DNA of 62,974 nt, filler included, from Chiloscyllium plagiosum (taxonomy: Eukaryota), in the NCBI RefSeq assembly GCF_004010195.1. It is 4 parts of one record of this genome, joined end to end, with 100 filler letters (N's around TTAATTAATTAA, not from the genome) between each part and the next. Parts side by side here need not be neighbours in the genome. Positions count along the whole stretch, not along the records: positions 1 to 9,676 come from NC_057711.1; positions 9,777 to 31,842 come from NC_057711.1; 2 more parts are not named here. The stretch is one strand, 5' to 3'. Under the pieces are notes generated by a model. The model ran no database searches and was not told the DNA's origin. It saw only the letters and a list, made by a program, of their open reading frames with translations. Below are positions 1-12,917 of this stretch, in pieces (position 1 is the stretch's first letter; the number at the start of each line of letters is the position of its first letter). The translations under genes and the position numbers were made by a program.

Positions 1-290
1 ACACTCATAAATGTACACACCCTTTCTCTCACGCACACATATGCGTACACATCCCTACATGCTGCATTCTCACACACACACACACACACTCATACACACT
101 CATACACACACACATGTACACAGACATTCATGCATACACACACAGACATGCACAGGTGTACACACACATGCACACACATTCATGTATGTGCATGCCTATA
201 CACACATTCACATGCACACACAGTCACGTAATCTCAAACACACACAGACGGACATAAACGCACACATACACATGCACTTACACACACGTG
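1..290. repeat. Degenerate (CA)n microsatellite
   Basis: CACA/CATA-rich run. Confidence 0.9.
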
Positions 291-2079
291 GCCCGGCTAA
301 TGTTTTGAGGACATGGGTTCATTTCATAAAAACCTGGAATAAAAATCATGGCTAGCCTAATAAAGTCTATGTAAGTGTAGTCAGTTGTAAAACCCTCTGG
401 TTCACTGTAAGACCATAAGTAGGCCATTCAGCCTGTCATGGTCTCTGCTATTCAATGAAATCTGATCATACTCAACTCCATTTTCCTACCTTTTCCCCAA
501 AACCCTTGAATCCCTTACTAATCCACAAACTGTCTGTCTTACTAATATGTTTCGGGAAGGAAATCTGCCATGCTTTCCTGGTCTGGCCTACTTGTGATTC
601 CAGACGCACAGCAATGTGGTTGATTCTTAGCTTCCCCGAGTAATTAAAAACAATCACTAAGAGCTGGCCTAGCAGGGACCCCACATCCTGTTAATGAATA
701 AAAAAAACACACACTGATCCCAACGCATAAACACAGACCCACACATGCACATACATGTAAATACAAAAGGTGCTGTCACATTCTTATGACAGAGATATAT
801 ATAATATATAAACTAACCAGAAACAGATGCCTATTTCGGGAGCTTGTCAAAATTCTTTCTGTAAATTGCTCATGAGCTGGTTCCCAGAGAGGTTGATGTT
901 TTTTCTCTCTAAGTCTATACAGACAGAGATTTGGTTCTGAGCTCCTACTGCCAGCCTCCGGTTCCAGAGTTTTATACAGGGCAGTTTTGGGGGTGAGAGC
1001 AAAGATCCAGATTGGGGAGGGATAATTATTGTGATCTCAATGATTTTGATTTCAGCCCACCCCAGACATTCTGACCATAGGGAGTGGGCAAACCCAGTCA
1101 GTGAGTATTGACTGCCTTGTTAACCAGGTCAGGGCTAGGGAGGGCTGTAGAGAAATTGGAGAGTCACTGCAGCCAATGCCATCGACATCTCACCACAACA
1201 CACGCTCATCCAGCAGAAGTTAGTGAGCAGCGGTTTGAGATGGAATGCTGACCTACAACTGTGAAGGGAATCGGGTTTAACAGTGGAGAAGTGTTGCTAT
1301 GACTGTATTGGGCCTTAGGCAACCCGCAAGCGGTGCAGGGTGTCCACTTTTGGTCTTTAAAAAAAAGACACAATTGCCTCAGAGGCAGCTCAGCTGACTC
1401 CTGGGATGAAGGGCTGCGGGTGGGTTGAGTACTTGTCTGTGTCTAGCGCAGATTCAAGGAGAGACGGTAGGAGTGGAGGCAGGTTTGGGCCTAGTACATG
1501 ATCCAGCAGCATCAATGATGGCTGCACTGATGAGGTAGGCCCATGGCGGATTCATGGCAGCAGCGGAGTCACGTTTGGGCTGCATCTGTATTGACGAGGT
1601 GTGTCAGTGGAAGCAAGATGGCACTGAAGAATGGAGACTTTCGCTCTGGAGGCAGTTTAGTGAAGGGGTTTTGTGGCTGACCACCAGACCCATGGCCTAT
1701 GATGGAGCACTTAAGATGAGGCATTGGAAAGTTGGACACTTTTTCTTTATTTCTTCATCTTTCTGCCTTCATATTCTATTTTTCTGTATTTTAAGGTGAC
1801 CCTGGAGTGTGGCGACATGAAATAACACTTTTCACAATATTTTTGTGATAAGATGCAAGTGACACTAAATAAATCATGTTTTTATTTCATTCATACATGG
1901 GATCTGGGAGCATTTGCTGCCTATTCTGAATTGCCCCTTGAACTAAACTGCTCTCGGGGGGCATTTCAGAGGGCTGTGGGTCTGGAATCACATGGAGGCT
2001 AGACCAGGTAAGGATGGTAGACTTCTTTCCTGAATGGGCATAAGTGAGCCAGACAGGTTTAGGACAAATGGCACTGCAA

Positions 2080-2385
2080 TCATAGAATCCCTGCAGTGTG
2101 GAAGGAGACCATTTCGCCCATCAAGTCCATACCAACCTTCGTACAGCATCCCACCCAGACACACTCCTCCACCCTATCCTTGTAACCTTGCATTTCCCAT
2201 AGCCAATCCACCTAAACCTCACATCTTTGGACTGTGGGAGGAAACCAGAGCACCCAGAGGAAACCCTAGCAGACACGGAGACAATGTGCAAACTCCACAC
2301 AGACAGTGGTCCAAGGATGGAATCAAACTGAGTCCCTAGTGCTGTGAGGCAGCAGTGCTAACCATGAGCCACCGTGATGTCCCTG
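2080..2385 (-). mobile_element. HE1-type tRNA SINE
   Basis: Same family as 49314-49628. Confidence 0.8.
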
Positions 2386-2649
2386 GGCTAGCTTTTCATG
2401 CCACATTTTTACTGACTACAATTCCACCATGTGCTGTGGTGCAATTCAAGCCCATGTCCCCAGAACATTAACCTGGGTCTCCAGATTACTAGTCTGGTGA
2501 CAATGCCATCTCCCCCCATCGGATCTTCACTGCTCTACTGCCATTGGAATTTAGAAGAACAAGAATTGATTGAATTAAAGCAAATGAGATCCTGAGAGAA
2601 ATTGGCAGGGTGGATCCTGAGACAGTATTTTCTCATTTCGGAGAAACTG

Positions 2650-3260
2650 GTGAATGGTAGGGCCTTAAGGATTGTAGTGGAACAGAGAGACCTTGGAATT
2701 CAGGTGCATGGTTTTCTGAAAGTGGACTCATAGGTAGACAGGGCAGTGAAGAAGGCTTTTGGCACACCGGCCTTCATCAGTCAGGGCATTGAGTAGAGAA
2801 CTTGGGAAGTTATGTTGCAGTTGTACAGGACGTTAGTGAGGCCGCACTTGGAGTATTGTGTTCAGTTTTGGTCACCTTGTTATCGGAAGGATGTTATTAA
2901 ACTGGAAAGTGCAGAACAAATGGTCTGACTTATAGGGCCCGTTTGGACAAGCTAGGACTTTTTTCATCAGAGCTCAGTAGACTGAGAGGGGACCTTATAG
3001 AAATCTATAAGATCATGTGAGGCTTGGAGATGTGAATGCACTCTGTTTTTTTTCCCAGGGTTGGGGATTCGAGGACTAAAGGGCATCAGTTTAAGGTTAG
3101 AGAGGAAGAATAAAAGGGAATCTGAGGGGCAACTGTTTTACACAGAGGGTGGTACGCATATGGAATGAGCTGCCAGCGGAAGTGGTTGAGGCGGGTACAT
3201 TTTGGTCATCAGTTTGTGCTGAAGGGCTTGTCTCCATGCTGTAGGACTCTATGACTCTAA
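2650..3260 (+). mobile_element. CR1 3' fragment
   Basis: RPHLEYCVQFWSP-coding sequence and CTATGACT tail. Confidence 0.85.
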
Positions 3261-4039
3261 TAGAGTCAGGAGGATGGTCTAACAGTGAGCGGCCTCCCTT
3301 TTAAATGAAGATTTTTTTTCTCCCTCAGAAGGTTGTTAGTCTGTGGAGCTCTCCTCCCCAGGAAACAGTGGCAGCTGCATGATAAAATAGAGTCAAGGCT
3401 CAGTTAGTTTGAATTCTGATTGAAAGTGAGTTGAAGACTATGAACAGTAGAGTCGAAATGAGGTAACCATAGTAGAGACACACGCAACTGGTGGTGGTGG
3501 CTTAACCTTGGGGGGAGGGGTCAGATTGAGAAGGGGGAGCCTTCATGGTAAGCTCAGCCAGTGCAAGGGTTGAACTCACACTATTGACACAACTCTATGT
3601 TGCAAACCAACTGTCCAACCAACTGAGCTAAACCAACTCCCAATAACCTGCAACTAATCAGCCATGATCTACTAGAATAGTAAAGCAATCTCGAGAGGCC
3701 AAACGGCCTGCTCCTAATGTTTGTGTTGTTTTGCACTGTGGTCAGAAAGGCGAAGCTGCCAAGCCCATAGAGAGTGAAGCTGGCGATATTACCCTCTGTT
3801 GTTGTTCTGGGGTTAGGCCCGTTTACGTCCAGAGAAACTGGAGACCTGTTCTGAGGGAGGGTCACCGGACCCGAAACATTAACTCCGAATTCTCTGTGCA
3901 GATGCTGCCAGACCTGCCGAGCTTTCCCAGCAGCGAGTGTTTTTGCTTTTGGTTTTCAAACTGGAGAGGTCTCAGAAAGTTGCTGTTCAATGCCAAACCA
4001 AGTGTTTGCTCAATGGCCCAGTGGTCGCCCTGCACTTAG

Positions 4040-4500
4040 AAGGTTATTATTAAACTGGAGACAGTTCAGACAAGATTTCCCGGGATGTTGCTGGGCTTGG
4101 AGGGTTTGAGTTATAAGGAGGGGCTGGATAGGCTGGGACTTTTTTCACTGGAGCGTGAGACGACAAGGGTGATTTTATTGAGGTTCATAGGGGTCATAGA
4201 TAAGGGGAATTTATCAAGGCTCTTTTCCTGAGGTTGAGGGAGTTCAAAACTAGAGGAGAGGAGAAAGATTTAATAACAACATGGGGGGGGCAACCTTTTT
4301 ACACAGAGGGTGTTGTGTGTGTGGGATGAACTGCCAGAGGAAGAGGTGGATGTGGGTACAGTTACAATATTTAACAGACATTTGGATAGGCACATGAATA
4401 GGAAAGGTTTGGAGGGATAGGGACCAAGAGCAAGCAGGTGGAACTAGTTTTGTTTGAGAACACAGTTCAAAGGGTCTGTTTCCATACTGTAGGACTCTAT
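4040..4500 (+). mobile_element. CR1 3' fragment
   Basis: GAACTGCCAGAGGAAG...GGGTCTGTTTCCAT..GACTCTAT. Confidence 0.85.
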
Positions 4501-5649
4501 AATTGTTTATCAATATTTATCATCTAATTGCTTATCAATAGCCACAATCCATCCTCTCAACACCAGCTCTCCAAACGAGCAATTCCTTTCATGCCTTTTC
4601 ACTGTAACCCTGCACATTCTTCCTTTCCGTCTTCACAGATGACAGAGGAGCTCAGGCAGAGTAAAGCCCTTACACAGGCTCAAGTGGCCAAGTCCAGACT
4701 GCTCCAGGCCCTAATTCATATGTCCATGTGTCTTGAGTTAATTTCCGTCGATCAGAGAGAGAAGGACAGAAGCACCTCTCCAGACACAATAGGATTAACA
4801 CACAAACTACAACAGGGGCTGGTGAGCTCGTTACTGAGAGCCTCCAAAACATCCATTGAAGTTTCAGTCACGGGGAGAAAGTTGCCCCATAAGTTGAATG
4901 GACAGCATCGATGAGGAGCTGCTTTTTGATCGTAGGGTAGTTTCTCTTTGCATTGCTTCTCATAGACTCAGTGTTATTGAGGAATTCTTCTAATTCTGCT
5001 TCTGTGTGACTCCAAATTCCCCTTTGCATCAACACAGCTGCAGATGGCAGTGTCACTGTGTGAGTGAGCATCACCCAATGAAGGAAAATCTCATGCAGTT
5101 CCTATTTAATATTTGCATACAAGCGCAGGCTCTAATTGGATTTCAGTTGTTAAAAGTCACCGCCCTTCCTTACGAGTTGCACTCGCCAACAAAGGATTTT
5201 CATACTGGGGAGTTACATGGAAGACAGTGGGGTTTTTAAATTCTTGTATGGAATTTGGACATTGCTAGAACACATTGCTCTTGATACGATTGACCATCAA
5301 GGCTGTTACAGAGGACAATGAATAATCAGCCCCATTCTGTGGATCTGGAGTTACGTGTTATCCAGACTAGGTAAAGACAGCAGAATCCCTTCCTAACATG
5401 AGCAATGGTTACATGGTCACCATAAGGGTAGCTTTTTATTCCAGAATTTAATGAATTTCAACAAACAAAGACCATCAGCAGTGTTCTGAGAAAGGGTCAC
5501 TGGACCGAAACGTTAACTCTGATTTCTCTCCACAGACATTGCCAGACCTGCTGAGCTTTTGCAGCAATTGCTGTTTTGGTTTCTGATTTTCAACACCCTC
5601 AGTTCTTTCGGTTTTTTTGTTAACCAAGGTAACTAGTCCAGAGATCTCA

Positions 5650-5990
5650 GCACTATGGTGTTGCAATACAGTCACTGGACTCATAATCCTGAGGGCTGGG
5701 CCAAAACTCTGGCAATAACATGGATTCAAATCCCATCAAGGAATCTTGTGGAATTTAAATTCATCTGTTCAAAAATCTGGAATATGGAAAGGTGATCTCA
5801 GTAACAATGACGATGATTTGTTGTATAAACCCATCTGGTTCACTAATAACTTTTAGGGAAGGTAAATCTGCAATCTTTACTTGGTCTGACCTACATGTGA
5901 CTCCAGACCCACAGCAACGTGGTTGACTCTTAACTGTCCTCCCTGAAATGATCCAAAGAGCCATTCAGTTTGAGGGCAATTAGGGACTAA
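5650..5990 (+). mobile_element. tRNA-derived SINE with RTE-X/L4-like tail; other copies near 385-700, 1880-2510 (-), 20580-20960 (-), 30710-30880 (-)
   Basis: Box B-like GGATTCAAATCCC, core AAACCCATCTGGTTCACTAAT...GACTCCAGACCCACAGC, and tail AGGGCAATTAGGG shared with LINE fragments in the window. Confidence 0.65.
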
Positions 5991-6005
5991 TATTGGAATT
6001 GGCGG

Positions 6006-6307
6006 TGTCACAAAAATGGTCCCGTTTTTCTAAAAGCTGTTCCTTTTCTCAAGGAGACTGTGTCCTTGATTTTTATCAGAGGAGTCATAAAACACTCCAG
6101 GCTCTGAAACGGCTGGGTTTGGTGCAAAGATGAAAGGCAGTTCAGTCCAGAATTAGTTCGGGAGCTCAGCTGTGGGCTGTGTGGAAACAGGCTGCTAGAC
6201 TCCCTCTCCTTCTGCTCTTCTAACTTCATTAATGAAACAAACTGTAAAGTTATGGCCTGGGCTACCTGCTTAAGAATGTATTGAGTGGTCTGGCCTAGTC
6301 CATAACA
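6006..6307 (+). repeat. 5' LTR, internally deleted (302 bp)
   Basis: TGTCACAAA...GTCCATAACA; matches 12918-13554 except for two missing blocks. Confidence 0.9.
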
Positions 6308-6310
6308 GAT

Positions 6311-6328
6311 TGGGGGTTCCTCCGGGAT
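6311..6328 (+). promoter_or_regulatory. Primer binding site complementary to tRNA-Pro
   Basis: TGGGGGTTCCTCCGGGAT versus canonical TGGGGGCTCGTCCGGGAT (2 mismatches), 3 nt after the LTR. Confidence 0.88.
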
Positions 6329-6406
6329 TTTAAACAGTGAGTGGTTGATGCTAGTATCTTTATTTCTGGTGCTGGTTTGGTTGGGTAGATAAAGCTTGGG
6401 ATAGTA

Positions 6407-7608
6407 ATGGCCTTTCAATCGCCAAATGTTTTCTGGAAGTAGATGCGGTGACTTTGGAAGTTTTGCAAAAGGTGAATAAGACCGAGCTGCAGGAATTAGC
6501 AGACCAGCTGAGACCTGCTTCTGTGAGGAAAGGAGAGATAATTACAGCAGTAGCTCAGCATTTAAACTTGTTGGAAACACCTTCAGAATCTGTAGAGGTG
6601 GTAAAAATTCAATTGCAAATGAAGCAACTTGAGTTAGAGGCAAGAGATAAGGAAAGGGCAGCAGAAATGAAACAGTTTGAGTTACGATTAAAAGCAGAAG
6701 AGCGGGCAAAAGAACAAAGGGTTTTAGCAGAAGGGAAAGAAAGAGAGTTTTAACTTCAGAAAATGACACTTAAAAAGGAAAGTCAGCTTAAAAGGCTGGA
6801 GATAAAGCTGAAGATAAGCGTAGGGAGGAAGTAGGGTGAACTCATGTGGAAGAATAGAGAGTTAAAACAGTAAGGTTAGCAGCTGAAGGGGCTGATGATG
6901 ATGAGCTGGTCCAAAAAACACAGTTTGGCTTCCAGATTCACTTTCAGTCCATGAGGGATAGAAATTGGGGCAAAGAGAAATCCTCACGTGGAAAGGGAAA
7001 GGTAGATCTCAGTGAAGATCATAAGGATAACTTATCACAGGGTAAAAAAGAAACCCTTGAAGGGGACAAAGAAGTTAAAAAGCTCCAGTGTTTTCATTGT
7101 AATAAAGTGGACCACACGAAATTGCAGTGTTGGTGGGCTAGGAGAAAGCCAGATGTAGGAGAACTGGGCAGGTTTGGGAGTTTTGTTGGACTAGTAACAA
7201 AAAGCACAAGGGAAGTTAGACAACTGCCTCAGAGTGTACAAGTTGATCAGTGGCTGGTTAAGGAGGAAGTGCCAGATCTGCTTTAAAAAACATACATGCA
7301 AAGGTAAAGGTTATTCACATAGGCCAGGAGTAGCAGGTAAAGAGGTTACAATATTAAGGGACACAGGATCCTCTCAGTCTGTAGTGCTGAGGGATGAGGA
7401 GATATGTGCTCCTGGACTATTGCCAGAAAAGGTACTGGTGACAGGAATTCATGGTGAGACAAAAAGTGCTCAATTATGTGAAGTGAGGCTAGAGAGTCCA
7501 CAGAAGAGTAGAGAATTTGTGGTAGGAATACTGGACAAACTCTCAGCTCCAGGAATACAATTTGTCCTTGCAAATGATATCGGTTGGCGTGCTGCCTACT
7601 CTAGTTGA
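6407..7608 (+). pseudogene. Gypsy gag and protease remnant
   Basis: Coiled-coil Gag N-terminus, SCAN-like tail (THVEE*RVKTVRLAAEGADDDELV), CCHC knuckle, aspartic protease DTG motif; frameshifted. Confidence 0.82.
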
Positions 7609-7839
7609 AAAGCCAGTGGATATGCAGGCAACTGAAGACATGAAGAATATTTATCCAGGAATTTTCCCTGATTATGTGGTCACAAAGATCATGGAGGCAC
7701 AAGCTGAAGCAGGAAAGATCAAAAGGCACAGATAAGGAAGCTGACATAGCTTCATCATGGACTTTTTTGATCAGATAAGTGAGTCAGAGCAGGAGCAACT
7801 AGGTAAACATGTAAGCATCTTTAGCTCTGCTAAGCTTAT

Positions 7840-9024
7840 TGAGTTACAGCAGAAAGATGAGAACTTAAGACAGTTGTATCAAAAGGCATATACAGAGGAG
7901 AGTGAATGCATCCCTGTGTGTTATTACTTAACAAATGATGTCTTAATGAGGAAATTGAGATCATCACACATCCAAGCAGATGAGAAATGGGCAGAGATTC
8001 ATCAAATTGTTTTGTCAGTAGGGTATAGAAAGGAGGTGCTGTGAGTGGCGGATGAGCTACCACTTGAAAGTCATTTAGGAGTGAGGAAAACACAGGCTAA
8101 GATACACAAGGATGTAGTTGAATTTTGCCAGACGTGTCATACATTCAGCTAATCGGAACCCCACAGGCAATAATAAAACCTGCACCTTTAACGCATATTC
8201 CAGCTTTTGAGGAACCTTTCACAAGTGTTTTGATTGATTGCATTGGTCCTCTACCTCAAACAAAAAATGGGAATAAGTATTTATTAATAATAATTCATGT
8301 GTCGACTAGATTTCCAGAGGCAATCCCATTACGCAATATCACAGTAAAAAGGGTTGTAGAAGAATTATTCAAATCTTTTACTAGATATGGACTACCAATA
8401 GAGATCCAGTCAGATCAAGGATCAAACTTCACATCCAAACTATTCAAGGAGGTTGTGGATAACTCGGGAATAAGGCAGTGCAAATCTACTGCGTACCTCC
8501 CAGAATCACAGGGAGCGCTCAAAAGATGGCATCAAACATTAGAGACCATGTTGAGGGCTTATGGTCAGGATTATCCAGTTGATTGGGATAAAGGAATTCT
8601 GTTTGTACTTTTTGCGATCAGAGATGTACCAAATGAATCGACCAAATTCAGTCTATTTGAATTAAATTTTGGGCATGAAGTAAGAAAACTGTTAAAATTG
8701 ATTAAGGAGGAATTAATAAGTCCAAATTCAGAGACCACTCATTTGGACTATGTGTCAAATTTTAGAGAATGATTAAATAGAGCTGGGGAGTTGGCCAGAC
8801 AGAATTTAAACATATCACAGCATACACAGAAACAAGACATGGATAAGAAATCACAACCCTGCAATTTTGCAATTGGGGATAAGGTATTGATGTTACTTCC
8901 AGTAACGGGTGAGCCTTTAAAAGGTAGGTTTAGTGGATCTTATCAAATCAAGAGGAAATTCGGTGAGGTGAGCTACTTGATAAGGACTCCAAACAGGAAG
9001 AAATCTCACAGCGTGTGTCATGTG
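7840..9024 (+). pseudogene. Gypsy integrase remnant
   Basis: EEPFTSVLIDCIGPLP...STRFPEAIPL...EIQSDQGSNF DDE core and a GPY/F-like C-terminus, broken at VCHV|NMLK by a CR1 insertion. Confidence 0.9.
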
Positions 9025-10870
9025 CAGAGCGGTGGATCTGATCTGTATGGACTTCAGTAAGGCGTTCAACAAGGTTCCCCATGGGAGACTGGTTAGCAAG
9101 GTTAGATCTCATGGAATACAAGGAGAACCATTTGGATACAGAACTGGCTCAAAGGTAGAAGACAGAGGGTGGCAGTGGAGGGTTGTTTTTCAGACTAGAG
9201 GCCTGTGACCAGTGGAATGCCATAAGGATCGGTGCTGGGTCCTCTACTTTTCATCATTTATATCAATGATTTGGATGCGAGCATAAGAGGTATAGTTAAT
9301 AAGTTTGCAGAAGACACCAAAATTGGAGGTGTATTGGACAGTGAAGAAGGTTACCTCAGATTACAATAGAATCTTGATCAGATGGGCCAGTGGGCCAAGA
9401 GGTGGCAGATGGAATTTAATTCAGATAAATGCGAGGTGCTGCATTTTTAGCAAGCAAATCTTAGCAGGACTTATACACTTAATGGTAAGGTCCTGGGAAG
9501 TGTTGCTGAACAAAGAGACCTTGGAGTGCAGGTTCATAGCTCCTTGAAAGTGGAGTCACAGGTAGATAGGATAATGAAGAAGGCATTTGGTATGCTTTCC
9601 TTTATTGGTCAGAGTATTCTTTAGGAGAAAGTGAGGGCTGCAGATGCTGGAGATCAGAGCTGAAAATGTGTTGCTGNNNNNNNNNNNNNNNNNNNNNNNN
9701 NNNNNNNNNNNNNNNNNNNNTTAATTAATTAANNNNNNNNNNNNNNNNNNNNNNNNNNNNNNNNNNNNNNNNNNNNGTGGGGGTAAGTACATGAAAGTTT
9801 TTGGTACTTACTGTCTTTAATTTCCGATATGGCTAGGAAGAACTGTTTCTTTAGTGTATGGATTCTTCTGTGGATGAAGAACAGTAGAGGTCCTTTACAG
9901 GTCTGTGAGAGTGTTGTCCTGAGCTGGGGTAGGTCTAATTGCAGGAAATGTAGGTAGCGGCGCATGGCTGTAAGCGTGTAGCGGAGGATCCAGAGGGAGG
10001 TCTGTCGCTGGAGGCTTCGGATTTGTTGTAGGTACTGGTTGTCCTGGTTGGGTCCAAATTTTGTTGGTCTGAACGTAGTCCGGAGTCCGTGCGGGATCAG
10101 TCGGTTCCGTAGGCAGGTGCTGAGGGAGGAGATGTGGCTGTGGTAGTGAGTCTGTTTGAGAACGTGGCTGAAGAGCTTCTGTGCAGAGGAGATGACCTGG
10201 GGTGTGCAGTGAGAGAGGGACTCACTGAAATCCTTGTAGAGGGAGGAAGAGAGCTTCTTCAAGAGTATTGTTTACATGAGTTGGGAGGTCATGTTGCAGC
10301 TGTACAGGACATTGGTTAGGCCACTGTTGGAATATTGCGTGCAATTCTGGTCTCCCACCTATCGGAAAGATGTTGTGAAATTTGAAAGGGTTCAGAAAAG
10401 ATTTACAAGGATGTTGCCAGAGTTGGAGGATCTGAGCTACAGGGAGAGGCTGAACAGGTGGGGCTGTTTTCCCTGGAGCGTTGGAGACTGAGGGGTGACC
10501 TTATAGAGGTTTATAAAATTATGAGGGGCATGGATGGGATAAATAGACAGGGTTTTTTTCCTGGGTTGGGGGAGTCCAGAACTAGAGGGCATAGGTTTAG
10601 GGTGAGAGGGAACAGATATAAAAGAGACCTGAGGGGCAACTTTTTCACGCAGAGGGTAGTACGTGTATGGAATGAGCTGCCAGAGGAAGTGGTGGAGGCT
10701 GGTACAATTGCAACATTTAAAAGGCATCTGGATGGGTATATGAATAGGAAGGGTTTGGAGGGATATGGGCCAGGTGCTGGCAAGTGGGAGTAGATTGGGT
10801 TGGAATATCTGGTCAGCATGGACGGGTTGGACCAAAGAGTCTGTTTCCATGTTGTACATCTCTATGACTC
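9025..10870 (+). mobile_element. 5'-truncated CR1/HER1-like LINE nested in the Gypsy integrase
   Basis: MDFSKAFNKVPH RT motif, RPLLEYCVQFWSP, CTATGACT tail; TGTG flanks; split by a Penelope insert. Confidence 0.9.
9619..10261 (-). mobile_element. Penelope-like element nested in the CR1 (contains a gap)
   Basis: TSD AGAGTATT (9611-9618, 10262-10269), terminal GGAGAAAGTGAGG.CTGCAGATGCTGG motif, ORF N-terminus ...TCLRNRLIPHGLR. Confidence 0.8.
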
Positions 10871-11089
10871 TTTGTGAATATGCTCAAAAGGTATTTTGAT
10901 AGGGAAGGAAAGCAAGAGGAGAAGGTGTTAATGATTACAGCACAGAGGATTCTGAATTGGACATTCCTCAAATCAAATTGGACAATGAGGAAGTTGTCAA
11001 AAATTGGGATAAATTATTGAGTTACCTTCCACAAGAAAATGGAAATGACCTGAAAGAGTTATTACTATCACATGGGGAGATATGCGAAA

Positions 11090-12725
11090 ATAAACTGGGA
11101 TGTACTATGTATATATAGGAGATGCTGTTCCGATTAAGCAACATCCTCATAGTCGTAACTTTCTAAAGTTGGCACATGTTCAGAAGGAGATAGAACACAT
11201 GCTCCAAGATGGCATAATCAAAGTGAGTTACAGTAACTGGAGCTCACCCATAGTCATGGTGCCCAAATCAGATGATACCCAACGGTTATGTGTGGACTAT
11301 CGCAAAGTTAATGCCGTTGCAATGACTGATGCATATCCACTTCCACAACTGGAGGAGAGTATCAAAAAGGTGGGATAACCAACTTACATTCTAAGTTGGA
11401 CATGCTCAGAGGTTACTGGCAAGTACATTTGTCAGAGAGAGCAAAGGCAATTTCGGCTTTCAAAACACCAAATGGATTATATCAGTTCAAAGTCATGCCA
11501 TTTGGTATTAAAAACACTCCCGCCACATTTCAGACACTGACTAATAAGGTCATTGCTGGATTACCCAACTGTGTGGTGTATATTGATGACCTGCTGATTT
11601 TTAGTCATTCAGAGATTTATAGAACCATGAAGGGCTTGGGTCAGGTGAATAGCCAAGGTCTTGTCCTCAGGGTAAGGGAGTCCAAAACTAAAGGGCATAG
11701 GTTTAATGTGAAATGGGATAGATTCAAAAAGGGCCTAAGGGGCAACCTTTTAATGCAGTGGGTGGTGTGTGTATGGAATGAGCTGCCAGAGGAAGTGGTG
11801 GAGGCTGGTACAATGACAACATTTCAAAGGCATCTGGATGGGTATATGAATAGGAAAGATTTAGAGGAATATGGGCCAAATGCTGGCAAATGGAACTAGA
11901 TTAGTTTAGGATATCTTATCGGCATGGACAAGTTGGACTGAAGGGTCTGTTTCTGTGCCGATGACTCTATGACTCAATGGAAGGAACATTTATAGCATTG
12001 TTCGATCGACTTCGGAAGGCAGGCTTGTGGTAAACCTGGCTAAAAGTGGATTTGCCAAAGGCTAAGCCACCTTCCTGGGCCTTGTTATTGGACGCAGACA
12101 AATGGCCCCACGGGATGCTAAAACAAAATTAATTGGGGAATTTCACGCACCATCGACAAAAAGAACAGTACTATGGTTCCTGCGATTGAACAGATTTTAC
12201 CGGAAGTTTGTGCTGAACTTTAGCAGTGTGGCTGCTCCGCTCACCAAATTGTTAAAAAAGGGCAAGAACTTTCAGTGGACAGTGGACTGTCAAAAGGCAT
12301 TTGACAGCCTTGAAAAACTGTGCTAACCACTGCCCCAGTATTAGCCACACCAGGTTTACACAAAGCCTTTCAAGGTGGCTATCGATGTCAGGGATGTGGG
12401 GGTCGGTGCGGTGCTCCTGTAAGAGGATGATGACGGAATAGATAGACCCATTGGGTATTTTTCCAGGAAGTTGAACATTCATCAACAGAAATATTCAATG
12501 GTAGAGAAAGAGACTTGGAGCTTGGTGCTCGCATTACAAAATTTCAGAATCTATATTACCAGTAATGCATCTGAGGCAATCGTATTCATTGATTGACATT
12601 TGTGAAAAAAGTTAAGGACAAAAATGCCAGACTGTTTAGATGGAGCTTGTTGCTGCAGCCACTCAATTTGACAATTGTGCAGGTGGCAGGTCGCAGAAAC
12701 GTGAATGCCGATGTGTTAGTGAGAC
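11090..12725 (+). pseudogene. Gypsy RT and RNase H remnant
   Basis: PIKQHP...WSSPIVMVPK...RLCVDYRKVN, GYWQV, MPFG, YIDD; interrupted by a CR1 tail at 11611-11975. Confidence 0.9.
11611..11975 (+). mobile_element. CR1 3' fragment inside Gypsy RT
   Basis: EIYRTMKG...WNELPEEVVEAG...CTATGACT tail between RT FSHS and WKEHL. Confidence 0.88.
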
Positions 12726-12906
12726 TCGAATGAGATACGGAGGCGTTGGGTGACGGGTGTACCACGGCCTGAATTCACATGTGGTTGTGCATGTTTGCAT
12801 GTGTATAGTCAGTAAAGTATATGTGTGTGTTTAGATTAGTAAACAGTTTGTTTTGAAGGGGTTTTAAAAATGAAGCCATCTTTTGATTTTGATGGTTCTT
12901 TTTTTT

Positions 12907-12917
12907 AAGGGGGGAGG
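12907..12917 (+). promoter_or_regulatory. Polypurine tract
   Basis: AAGGGGGGAGG immediately before the 3' LTR TG. Confidence 0.85.

Noticed and set aside
11..355. His/Thr-rich 114-aa ORF (also 26363-26599)
   Set aside because: Translation of a (CA)n microsatellite.
9721..9732. TTAATTAATTAA palindrome recurring three times
   Set aside because: Artificial scaffolding linker inside N runs.
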